From assembly GCA_900320865.1 (NCBI GenBank), contig ONTT01000006.1, forward strand, positions 19,285 to 83,284: a stretch of DNA of 64,000 bases, written 5' to 3'. Below, one piece after another: positions 16,124 through 25,170 of this stretch. The position numbers were made by a program, and so were the translations under genes. The notes under the pieces are model-generated. The model was not told the DNA's origin. It saw nothing but the letters and a program-made list of their open reading frames with translations, and did no database searches. Source of the DNA: an uncultured Bacteroidales bacterium (GTDB taxonomy: Bacteria; Bacteroidota; Bacteroidia; Bacteroidales; Paludibacteraceae). Position 1 is the first letter of the stretch; the number at the start of each line of letters is the position of its first letter.

Positions 16124-16831
16124 ATGAAGAAATTAGAAAGTACATTCCTGAATATGGTGCTGAGCCTCGTGCTGATCGCCGTGGTAGCAGCAGCCGGTTT
16201 GGCCGGTATCTACTCCTTGACCAAAGAGAAGATCGACGACCAGCAGAATCAGAAACGTCAGGCGGCTATCCGCGAGGTTGTTCTCCCGAACGCAGAAGCA
16301 ACCGTAGAGATTCAGATCACGTCCGACACCATCCTCGCAGAGGAAGGCAACGATAAGAAATGGGTCATTCATAATATTCACCAAGACGGTCAGTTCATCG
16401 GCGCTGCCGTTGAGACCAGCGGTACCGGTTTCGGCGGAGAGCAGAAACTGATGGTCGGTTTCAACCCCGAAGGCGAGATCATCAACTATACCGTGCTCGA
16501 GCATCAAGAGACGCCGGGCTTGGGCGATAAGATCTCCAACTGGTTCAAGACCGAAAAAGGCAACCAGGACATCCGCGGTCGCAAAGGCGGCGAACTCTTG
16601 GTAAAGCAGGATGGCGGCGATGTAGATGCTATCACAGCGGCTACCATCTCGTCTCGCGCTTTCCTCAAGGCTATCCGCGAAGCGTATTTCGCTTTCAAAG
16701 AGGACGAGGTGCAGGCAGTGACCGGCGCCAGCCAACTCAAAAATCAACCCGCAGAACCGGCAGTAGATGCGACGACCGAAGCTACGACCGGTGCTACCCA
16801 AATCAACGAAACGGAGGTAAGTCATGAGTAA
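16124..16831 (+). CDS. rnfG: Rnf complex subunit G (FMN-binding)
   Basis: N-terminal TM, ETPGLGDK, FMN attachment motif DAITAATISSRA. Confidence 0.9.
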   Translation: MKKLESTFLNMVLSLVLIAVVAAAGLAGIYSLTKEKIDDQQNQKRQAAIREVVLPNAEATVEIQITSDTILAEEGNDKKWVIHNIHQDGQFIGAAVETSGTGFGGEQKLMVGFNPEGEIINYTVLEHQETPGLGDKISNWFKTEKGNQDIRGRKGGELLVKQDGGDVDAITAATISSRAFLKAIREAYFAFKEDEVQAVTGASQLKNQPAEPAVDATTEATTGATQINETEVSHE

Positions 16832-17429
16832 CGGATTAAAAACACTCACCAACGGACTTCTCAAGGAGAATCCGACCTTTGTACTGGTATTAGGTATGTG
16901 TCCTACGTTGGCCACAACCACCAGCGCCATCAATGGTATGTCCATGGGCTTGGCTACGATGTTTGTGCTCGTTTGCTCGAATATCGTGATCTCGCTGCTC
17001 AAGAACCTCATCCCTGATAAGGTACGTATCCCGGCGTTTATCGTCGTCATCGCTACCTTCGTGACTATCGTCCAACTGGCGATGCAGGCATACCTGCCGT
17101 CTATCTACGAGGTGCTGGGACTCTTCATCCCGCTGATCGTAGTGAACTGTATCGTTCTCGGTCGCGCCGAAGCGTTCGCAGCAAAGAACAGCGTAGGCCT
17201 CAGCGCACTCGATGGCATCGGCATGGGTCTTGGTTTCACGCTGGCACTCACCTTACTGGGCGCTTGCCGCGAGATCCTGGGTTCCGGTAAAATCTTCAGC
17301 ATCGGCACGTTCGAAGGCTTCCAGATTTTCCCGAATAACTTCGCAGCCCTCATCTTTGTCCTGGCGCCGGGTGCATTCATCGCCCTCGCTTACCTCATGG
17401 CCATCATGAACAAACTGCAGAAAAAGTAA
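16824..17429 (+). CDS. rnfE: Rnf complex subunit E
   Basis: NPTFVLVLGMCPTLATTTSA, IPLIVVNCIVLGRAEAFA. Overlaps the rnfG stop by 8 nt. Confidence 0.92.
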   Translation: MSNGLKTLTNGLLKENPTFVLVLGMCPTLATTTSAINGMSMGLATMFVLVCSNIVISLLKNLIPDKVRIPAFIVVIATFVTIVQLAMQAYLPSIYEVLGLFIPLIVVNCIVLGRAEAFAAKNSVGLSALDGIGMGLGFTLALTLLGACREILGSGKIFSIGTFEGFQIFPNNFAALIFVLAPGAFIALAYLMAIMNKLQKK

Positions 17430-17431
17430 CT

Positions 17432-17466
17432 AAATATCAAATTTCAAATATCAAATTTCAAATATT
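17432..17466. repeat. Heptamer array (AAATWTC)x5 in the rnfE-rnfA spacer
   Basis: AAATATC AAATTTC AAATATC AAATTTC AAATATT. Confidence 0.9.
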
Positions 17467-17471
17467 GACTT

Positions 17472-18080
17472 ATGTTACCTTATATTTTGATATTCGTCTC
17501 GGCGATATTCGTTAACAATATCGTTTTGAGCCAGTTCTTAGGTATCTGCCCGTTCTTGGGAGTAAGTAAGAAAATAGACACGGCGCTTGGTATGGGCGCA
17601 GCGGTGACCTTTGTGCTCACCGTAGCTACGATAGTTACTTATCTGCTGCAGATCTTGCTCAAGGCTTGGCATGTAGAGTTCCTGCAGACTATCCTCTTCA
17701 TCCTCGTTATCGCGGCCCTCGTGCAGATGATCGAGATCATTTTGAAGAAGATCAGTCCGGCGCTTTATCAGGCCCTCGGCGTCTTCCTGCCGCTGATCAC
17801 CACCAACTGCTGTATTCTCGGTGTAGCCATCATCGTGGCGGACGAGAAGAAACTGCTGGCCAGCCTGCCCGCAGGCGCAGAGTACGGATTGCTCTCCGGA
17901 ACACTCTTCGCCTTCGCTACGGCACTCGGCTTTGCGTTGGCACTCGTCCTCTTCGCCGGTATCCGTGAGCAGTTAGCGCTCAATAAAGTTCCGAAAGCGA
18001 TGCAGGGCACGCCGATCGCGCTGCTCACAGCCGGTCTTTTGGCGATGGCCTTCATGGGCTTCAGCGGAGTAGTCGGATAA
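17472..18080 (+). CDS. rnfA: Rnf complex subunit A
   Basis: NNIVLSQFLGICPFLGVSKK, FLPLITTNCCILGVA. Confidence 0.92.
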   Translation: MLPYILIFVSAIFVNNIVLSQFLGICPFLGVSKKIDTALGMGAAVTFVLTVATIVTYLLQILLKAWHVEFLQTILFILVIAALVQMIEIILKKISPALYQALGVFLPLITTNCCILGVAIIVADEKKLLASLPAGAEYGLLSGTLFAFATALGFALALVLFAGIREQLALNKVPKAMQGTPIALLTAGLLAMAFMGFSGVVG

Positions 18081-18107
18081 ATCATCCAACGTCCGCTTTA
18101 TGGATAA

Positions 18108-18137
18108 AATGCACACTTCACCGTGTGCATTTTTTTG
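18108..18137 (+). terminator. Terminator of the rnf operon
   Basis: AATGCACAC TTCACC GTGTGCATT followed by T7. Confidence 0.85.
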
Positions 18138-18311
18138 TATTCTTTTCCGTCACAGAACGTAAGACGCTAAACGGACTTTAGTAAGAGGCAAGTAAGACCC
18201 AAGTAGGACTAAATACGGGTTTAGAATTTATCGTTAATAATTTTGTTCGCTCAAAAATGTTGAAATTTGTTAAAATTTGCAATTTTATTTGCAGGTTTCA
18301 TATTTTTTTTG

Positions 18312-18319
18312 TACCTTTG
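18312..18319 (+). promoter_or_regulatory. -7 box TACCTTTG for the giant surface protein gene
   Basis: TAnnTTTG match preceded by a T8 tract; ~85 nt upstream of ATG 18405. Confidence 0.55.
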
Positions 18320-18404
18320 CACACTCTTTTGCATGACGTGCCCGCACGTACCCGCGTTCGCGCCGCATGTGTATAATAAATATGGATATATAAACCCAAT
18401 TAAT

Positions 18405-21400
18405 ATGAAAAATATTTACCTTTTATCTAATCAAACCAAGACATCGGTTTCTCAACATCTCGATTCCATCTCGAATCCGTCTCGTCTCCGTGTTTTGCCT
18501 ATTATCCTACTTTGCCTTGCGTTCAGCACGAGCGTGTGGGGAGCGGATCAGACTGCAAGTAAAACAATAGCTCAAATTGCGTCTGCAAATTCTTGGACCA
18601 ACGGAACAAAATACACTTCTTGCTCTCTCGATTCTAAAATATCTGCTTCTGTAAGTGGAGGTTCAAATACGGGTAAGTATTATTCGGCATCCCCTGGAAC
18701 TTGGCGTTTATATGCGAATGAAAGTGCAACGCTTTCCATAACGGCGGCCTCCGGATGCACACTCCAATCCATAACAATTTCCTTTAGCCCATCTGACAAT
18801 GGTACGTTGTTAAATGGAGGCGACGTAATGACTTCGGGTACAGCAGTATCAGCTTCAGGCACAAGTCACTCATTTACGGTAAGTCAGTCATCTGGGACAA
18901 AAGGGAAAATATTTATTTCTAGCATTTCTGTCACTTATGACGATGGAGAAGGCGGCGGAGGCACTCCGACACTTTCCTCTATCGCTGTAAAGACCGCACC
19001 GACTAAGACCTCATATACTGAAGGAGAGAACTTCGATCCGACAGGATTGGTTATCACTCGTACCTATAGCGATGCGTCCACATCGGATTGGAGTTATGCA
19101 GGGCACACAAGTGACTTCACATTTACACCATCCCTTTCTACAGCGTTGACAACAGGTAACACTTCTGTGACCATCACTTATGGCGGCAAGTCCACCACTC
19201 AAGCCATTACGGTTGTTTCTGGCGGCGGAGGTGGCGGAGGGTGCTCCTACGACCTCAGTACTTCTTCGTATGCAAGTGCTACAACTGATCTTGTAACTTG
19301 GAGTTCTAATAGCACCGCCACAATGACGGTGGGTGGTTCTAGTACAGCCGCAAATAACTATTTGCCTTCTACAAGAACCAGTACGCGTTTTTACAATGGC
19401 GCTACATTAACCATTACGCCTAAATCAGGAAAAAACATTTCTTCTATTGTATTTACGGCGACAAGTAGTGGTTACGCAACGACTCTCGCTGGTTGCGAGT
19501 GGACTAATGCCTCTGCATCAGCTACCGGGAGCACGGTAACCGTGACTCCCTCCGATGGTTTAAATGTTATTTCTGCCGCAATTGATGCCACTTGTGGTTT
19601 TACTTGTGTAGAATTTATAGAAGGAGTATCCTATGATATTACAGCTGTCTCTAATGACAACACGATGGGAACTGTTTCCATTACGGGAAGCACCATTACA
19701 GCAAGTCCCGCCGCAGGCTATCGAGTAAAAGACAGTGAACCCTATAACGTCACAAGTGGTACAGCCACAGTAACTCGTGGAACAGGAGCAAATAGCAATA
19801 AATTTTACGTAACAGCTTCTTCAGATTGTACTGTTCGTATTAATTTCGAGGCTCTCCCGACATATAAAATACAGTTCTTTGACAACGGTGTAAAAATTAA
19901 AGAAGAAACTGTTGCCTTAGGTAGTGCTGCAACTCCTCCGAGCGATCCTATTGCTTGCGATGGGTATACTTTTGTAGGTTGGTGGACTTCTGAACTACCA
20001 ACAGACAACACAACAGCATATAGCTGGGTTTCTGACTTTACCGTTTCCGGCGCACAAGACTACTATGCTGTATTTTCCAGCCTCTCCGGCGGTTCTAATG
20101 AGACCGAAACCATCTCAATTGCTGATGTTGCTACTGCCAATTCATGGGTAAATGCAACGCGTTATTCACCTTTTACGGTCGGAGACGTTACTATTACTGA
20201 AACAACGGGCAAAGGAGATAATGCAAAATACTACAGTGCAAATAATAGTTGGCGTTTATACTCATCAACATCACCCGCTGGAACTGTTCAAATTTCGGTA
20301 GCAGGGGCAAGTGTAACTTCCGTAACATCATCTCCTGATAAAGATTTTACGATTACAGCAGGTGTTGCGACATTCCAAGCCGGTTCAAACACCCAATTTA
20401 CATCATTTGTCGTAAACTACTCAACTGGTACAACTGTATATTCTACAACGGCTATCTGCGTGCCTAAGTGGGTTATCTCCTTCGATAAGAATGGAGCTTC
20501 AAGTGGAAAAGAGCCAGCAGTAATTAAAGTGGTTCAAGGAGAAAGCACGACACTTCCGGGAGCCGGGAATCTCGAGAAAACGCACTACAGCTTCATGGGT
20601 TGGAACACACAACCTGATGGTCTCGGTGTGACTTATACTGCGGGAGCATCCTTTACCCCGACAGCAGACATTACTCTGTATGCGAAGTGGGGTGAAAATC
20701 CGCAATACACGATTACATGGGATGACGGTCACTCCGATCCGCTTCCTACCACATCGGTATATGCGGGAGAGAAAGTTGTTCTTCCTTCCGATCCTACATC
20801 ATGTGATCCTTCGTATCCGCATTTCATGGGTTGGTATACTGCTCCGGAAGGAAGCTTATCAGCTCCGACCACCAGCATTAGCGGTACAAAAGTTACGGCT
20901 CAAACAAAGCCGAATTCCGACTCCCGCTATTATGCTGTCTTCTCTAACGGAGGAACGGTAGCAGGTAGTAAAGAGTATGCATTCAACATCACACCAAGTG
21001 ATTTCATTGGAGGCGGATACTCCGCTAATGATGGCGAGCACACCTCGATTGCTACCGCGACAGACGCCAGTGGAGCCACCTTCCAAGTTACATGGGAGTC
21101 CAAAAATGTGTACTTGAATGGAGGTAAAGCACAATGGAAAGCAGCGACAGACGATAGCTACACAAGTCGCATTCATAATATTACAGATTTAGGAAACGTT
21201 ACGGCAGTTGATGTTACTGCAACGGCTTTAGATGCTCGATTTGATATCTTCTCCGGCTCGACAGTAAAACCGGGTACAAGTATAGATTTCACAAGTGGAT
21301 ATCCATTCTTCGTTATTTATAACTGGGATGTAACGATTCGTTATACGACCAACATTCATATTGTCTTCACAGCTACAGGCGGTACATCCGCTGCAACCGG

Positions 21401-24389
21401 ATATATATCTACCTGCTCCGCTCCTACTACTTGGTCTGTAAGTTACAACGCGAACGGAAAACCTTTAAGTGTGGGTTCGGAAATTCCATCCGCCACAACC
21501 GGTATTCCGGAAGACGCCGCATTCGCTGTTCCGTCTAACAACTACGTTTCATCTCCTGGTTTTGCACAGATAGGTTGGAACACTGACCCAAGTGCCACTG
21601 TCGGATTAACTTCCGTACCGGCACAAACGGCAGGAACGATGATTACCCTGTACGCTATTTGGCAAAAATCTCAGATTGAAGTTGTTGAAGTAGATGACAA
21701 TAACAATATCTATTTGGATCACAACTTCGGAGGTTCTACCTCTGCTACGCTGCAGCAAGAAGTAACGACCGGAACGGGTAATACTGCAACGGATATCTTC
21801 TTCTCGAAGTACTTCGAGTCCACGTCGAACGTCAAACTCGTAGCTCTCTTCAATGGAACAGGTCACGACATCGATCTTAGTGGTTTGCGTATTCATATTC
21901 CTTATGGCAGTAGTGCACCTTACGGAGATCGTTACATTCGTTTGGATACCTTAATGGACCCTGTTAGTCATCCTGGAAGAAGCGCCACCCTTCCGACAGG
22001 CCAAGAATTAATCATCTATTCATGGCAGCCCTCGTCTACTTCTGGTGGTTGTCATCGAGATAACGCTATTCTTGAATCTGCTGCTGATAAGGTGGATATG
22101 AGCACCTGGATACCTATCCCATATAACTATGCGGCAGATAATGGTGATCACGCTCTCTGTTTCGGAGGACGCGAGGCTATCTTGTTGGAACGTGACTCTT
22201 CTACATGGGGAAAAGGTTGGAAACCTATTGATATCATCGGTGCGATGGATGATAGCGGGCATTCGATTTATCCGACCAAAAATCCTTCTTGGGGCGATGG
22301 ATCAGGATGGAACTGCAACTCCGGCAAGAGCATTGAAGACACCACAGATGTAATTGGTATCTCTACCAACCGTTGTTTGTTAGTGCGCAAGTTCTCTGTC
22401 CTGGATGGTTCTAAGGCGGTTAGCGGCAACATCGGCTCTGGTGCCACTTTCAGCACCTTGTGTGATGAATGGTATGGGAAACATGTGCAGAAATACTCCA
22501 ACGGTACTGGTACCGGATGTGAGGTTTATGCGAAAGATAACAATAGTGCTGCGGATGGTTTCTCTTTTGTTGGAGGTTACAACTATAATGAGAATCGTCA
22601 GCAATACGTTGAGGTAGCAGATACCAAGTTTACGGCTACATATGACGAAACGACAGGCTTTACTGTCCTACATATTAATCCGTGTGGTCCGGGTATCGCT
22701 CCCGAAAACTGCGTTGAAGGTGGTTTGGCCGGGTTGGCGTGCGACTATCTGAAGATTACCGTCACCAACTCCGAGAAAACTCAGGTACTTGAACAATTAG
22801 AATACAAAGTGCCGATTATCGTTTCGGGAGAGAAGTCTACAAACGATGCTATCTTCAGTAGTGAAACTGCATGCGAGACCTGCGACGTTGTTGTGCTTGG
22901 AAATGCCACCTTAACCAAAGCAGATGACGGGTCTACCGGTGATCAGCCTACTGTTCACAACTTAATGGTTTATCCGAATGGAACGCTGCATGTACCGGCT
23001 CCGCATACATATCACGTATCATCCGTACAGTTCCGCGTTCAAGGAGAAGAAGTTCCGGTTGCTAAACTGCAAGGAAACCTACAGACACCGGATAACAAAG
23101 TATATGTTTCCCGTCGTATAAACAACGATGATGCATACTTCTTCTCGTTGCCATACAACTGTAACATCGCAGATATCACATGGTCGAATGGCGATGCTGC
23201 TACACTCGGCGATGGATTTAAGATTCAAGAGTACGATGCAGCAACACGTGCCAACTCGGGTAGCACAGCTGGTGTTCCCGGTCATTGGACAGATGTTACC
23301 GGTGCTACCCTTTATACGAAGAAAGGTTACCAAATTATGGTTAATTCCAAGAAACTGCGCGAACTGATCTTCCCGATGGATATTGGTTATTCAAACGTTA
23401 CGACAGCCGAGAATGTGAAGATCAATAATACGGATAGAGTAACTATCGAACTTCATGAAGGATCAGCTACCAAAAACAACTGGAACTGGAACTTCATCGC
23501 TCAGCCTTATGTATGCGCGATGACTCCGATGGAAGGCGATAAAATTAAAGCCGGATGGCTGAAATATAACAAGGGAACTACGGAAGATCCGGGTGAATGG
23601 GTATACATGGATGGTACAAATGAGTACTTCACTATTTATAATCCATCCACGAAAACATACGATCAGAAGAAATGGGATGAAGTCAGCAGATTAGATCCTT
23701 TCGTTGCTTATTTCGTTCAAGGAAAAGCGGCAGGTGAGTTCCAATTTACCCAGAGCCATCGTATCATATCCGCCCCGGCTCGTCATTTGGCAGCTCAAGC
23801 AGAATTGGAGGATGAGGATGCTTCTATCTTCGTTGGTGTTACGCTCTCCGGTAATGGCCAGAGCGATGAGACAAGCCTGCGTATTCGTCCTGATTTCACA
23901 GATGACTACTTACCGGGCTACGACCTCCAGAAGTTTACCACATTCTATACCGAGCGTCCTCAGATTTACATGAAGACACCTGACTTCAGTTTGGCATTCC
24001 AGGCTGTAAGCGACTCGGTAGCAAAGAATACTTGGTTGCCGGTCGGTGTTTATATTCGCGATGCGGGTACGTATACTTTCGCACTCAACGAGAATAACCC
24101 GATTGATGAAGTAGAAGCCGTATATCTCTATGATAAGACTACTGGTACGACTACTAATCTTTTGAATGAGTCCTATACCATCACGACGAACAAGCAGGTT
24201 TATACCAATAAACGCTTCTCGCTCAATGTAATCCTCAATCGAAGAGCGCCGCAGGTAACTACCGATCTCATCGATCCTTCGGGAGCCCCGGATGATATGG
24301 TGCGGAAGATACTTATCAACGGCCACGTTTACATCCAGCGTGGCGCTGCGATATACGATATTACAGGTAAACAAATGTTGAACTTTTAA
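18405..24389 (+). CDS. Giant (~1994 aa) secreted multi-domain surface protein: duplicated N-terminal module, Ig-like domain, four to five Listeria-Bacteroides (InlB B-type) repeats, a lamin-tail-like domain, a long beta-rich C-terminal region and a short C-terminal tag
   Basis: Signal peptide ...LLCLAFSTSVWGADQ. Repeats YTFVGWWT, YSFMGWNTQPDG, HFMGWYTAPEG, AQIGWNTDP. LTD-like FFSKYFESTSNVKLVALFNGTGHDIDLSGL. Poly-Gly linkers. Start set to ATG 18405 because track residues 1-46 cover the promoter. Confidence 0.7.
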   Translation: MKNIYLLSNQTKTSVSQHLDSISNPSRLRVLPIILLCLAFSTSVWGADQTASKTIAQIASANSWTNGTKYTSCSLDSKISASVSGGSNTGKYYSASPGTWRLYANESATLSITAASGCTLQSITISFSPSDNGTLLNGGDVMTSGTAVSASGTSHSFTVSQSSGTKGKIFISSISVTYDDGEGGGGTPTLSSIAVKTAPTKTSYTEGENFDPTGLVITRTYSDASTSDWSYAGHTSDFTFTPSLSTALTTGNTSVTITYGGKSTTQAITVVSGGGGGGGCSYDLSTSSYASATTDLVTWSSNSTATMTVGGSSTAANNYLPSTRTSTRFYNGATLTITPKSGKNISSIVFTATSSGYATTLAGCEWTNASASATGSTVTVTPSDGLNVISAAIDATCGFTCVEFIEGVSYDITAVSNDNTMGTVSITGSTITASPAAGYRVKDSEPYNVTSGTATVTRGTGANSNKFYVTASSDCTVRINFEALPTYKIQFFDNGVKIKEETVALGSAATPPSDPIACDGYTFVGWWTSELPTDNTTAYSWVSDFTVSGAQDYYAVFSSLSGGSNETETISIADVATANSWVNATRYSPFTVGDVTITETTGKGDNAKYYSANNSWRLYSSTSPAGTVQISVAGASVTSVTSSPDKDFTITAGVATFQAGSNTQFTSFVVNYSTGTTVYSTTAICVPKWVISFDKNGASSGKEPAVIKVVQGESTTLPGAGNLEKTHYSFMGWNTQPDGLGVTYTAGASFTPTADITLYAKWGENPQYTITWDDGHSDPLPTTSVYAGEKVVLPSDPTSCDPSYPHFMGWYTAPEGSLSAPTTSISGTKVTAQTKPNSDSRYYAVFSNGGTVAGSKEYAFNITPSDFIGGGYSANDGEHTSIATATDASGATFQVTWESKNVYLNGGKAQWKAATDDSYTSRIHNITDLGNVTAVDVTATALDARFDIFSGSTVKPGTSIDFTSGYPFFVIYNWDVTIRYTTNIHIVFTATGGTSAATGYISTCSAPTTWSVSYNANGKPLSVGSEIPSATTGIPEDAAFAVPSNNYVSSPGFAQIGWNTDPSATVGLTSVPAQTAGTMITLYAIWQKSQIEVVEVDDNNNIYLDHNFGGSTSATLQQEVTTGTGNTATDIFFSKYFESTSNVKLVALFNGTGHDIDLSGLRIHIPYGSSAPYGDRYIRLDTLMDPVSHPGRSATLPTGQELIIYSWQPSSTSGGCHRDNAILESAADKVDMSTWIPIPYNYAADNGDHALCFGGREAILLERDSSTWGKGWKPIDIIGAMDDSGHSIYPTKNPSWGDGSGWNCNSGKSIEDTTDVIGISTNRCLLVRKFSVLDGSKAVSGNIGSGATFSTLCDEWYGKHVQKYSNGTGTGCEVYAKDNNSAADGFSFVGGYNYNENRQQYVEVADTKFTATYDETTGFTVLHINPCGPGIAPENCVEGGLAGLACDYLKITVTNSEKTQVLEQLEYKVPIIVSGEKSTNDAIFSSETACETCDVVVLGNATLTKADDGSTGDQPTVHNLMVYPNGTLHVPAPHTYHVSSVQFRVQGEEVPVAKLQGNLQTPDNKVYVSRRINNDDAYFFSLPYNCNIADITWSNGDAATLGDGFKIQEYDAATRANSGSTAGVPGHWTDVTGATLYTKKGYQIMVNSKKLRELIFPMDIGYSNVTTAENVKINNTDRVTIELHEGSATKNNWNWNFIAQPYVCAMTPMEGDKIKAGWLKYNKGTTEDPGEWVYMDGTNEYFTIYNPSTKTYDQKKWDEVSRLDPFVAYFVQGKAAGEFQFTQSHRIISAPARHLAAQAELEDEDASIFVGVTLSGNGQSDETSLRIRPDFTDDYLPGYDLQKFTTFYTERPQIYMKTPDFSLAFQAVSDSVAKNTWLPVGVYIRDAGTYTFALNENNPIDEVEAVYLYDKTTGTTTNLLNESYTITTNKQVYTNKRFSLNVILNRRAPQVTTDLIDPSGAPDDMVRKILINGHVYIQRGAAIYDITGKQMLNF

Positions 24390-24404
24390 TGAGAAAGGAA
24401 AGCT

Positions 24405-25109
24405 ATGATGAGTCCAGTTCAACGTGCCATATCGCAACGTCACAAACACATTTTGATTGGTGTCGGTGTTCTTGTTGCCGGCCTGTGGGTTCTGCTGGTA
24501 ATGTACCTGCTCCGCGAAAGCCGCAACGCAACTACCGAAGTGCACCCCGGTGCAGTAGCCGTTACTTCCGCGCCTACCTTTAATAGTAACTCTACCGTTA
24601 CGCTATCCGGTTCGCGCCCGTCGGCTACTTCCCTGCTGCATCATAAGGTACCCTCTACCCCGATGGTTTATCGTTCGGTAACCCCGAATCAATCCATGAG
24701 TAGTACCTCTACTTTCCATATCCATCAGACAAGCAGCGCTACGCCGCATTCTATCGGAGGAGGCGGAAGTGGCAGCATAGGTGTGCTCGCTACGACCAGC
24801 AGCAGTAGCAACAGAGGTATTCAGTCCACCACAGCGTCGTACACCGGTGCCATATATATTCCGTTGGCTACGAATGCCATCACGGCTGTTGGTGCTACAA
24901 CAGCGGAAGAAGTGGTGAATCAAAAAATGGGAATTATCCGTCGGGCAAAAATGACCAATGACGGCGAATATCCGGGCGGTCGTCCGGATCCTGTACCAGA
25001 CGAAGAAGACGATCCGACCCCGGTAGGAGATGTCGTTTGGCCGCTGATGGTGCTGCTTGCTGCAGTATATGCCTTCTTCTGCTATCGTCGACGTCGTGCA
25101 CGTGCGTAA
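24405..25109 (+). CDS. Hypothetical bitopic Ser/Thr-rich membrane protein, likely co-transcribed with the giant protein gene
   Basis: N-terminal TM ILIGVGVLVAGLWVLLVMYLL, S/T/G-rich middle, acidic Pro-rich stretch, then C-terminal TM WPLMVLLAAVYAFFCY followed by RRRRARA. Starts 16 nt after the upstream stop. Confidence 0.5.
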   Translation: MMSPVQRAISQRHKHILIGVGVLVAGLWVLLVMYLLRESRNATTEVHPGAVAVTSAPTFNSNSTVTLSGSRPSATSLLHHKVPSTPMVYRSVTPNQSMSSTSTFHIHQTSSATPHSIGGGGSGSIGVLATTSSSSNRGIQSTTASYTGAIYIPLATNAITAVGATTAEEVVNQKMGIIRRAKMTNDGEYPGGRPDPVPDEEDDPTPVGDVVWPLMVLLAAVYAFFCYRRRRARA

Positions 25110-25140
25110 CACACGCGCAACACGCGCATAAATAAAAAAA

Positions 25141-25170
25141 AGGAGTGGTTCGTTTACCACTCCTTTTTGT
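25141..25170. terminator. Bidirectional terminator between the convergent 24405..25109 gene and the fusion ORF
   Basis: AAAAAAAAGGAGTGG TTCGTTTA CCACTCCTTTTT; overlaps the last codons of the minus-strand ORF. Confidence 0.75.

Noticed and set aside
18267-18404. 46-codon N-terminal extension of the giant ORF given in the track
   Set aside because: The extension spans the TAnnTTTG promoter box at 18312-18319 and encodes no signal peptide. The ATG at 18405 is followed by a proper signal sequence.
24291-24389. Calling the shared C-terminal tag a canonical T9SS C-terminal domain
   Set aside because: Only about 25 residues are conserved. In two of the proteins they follow a disordered linker directly after the last globular domain, which is too short for what I recall of a standard type A or B CTD. 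It is reported as an unassigned tag instead.
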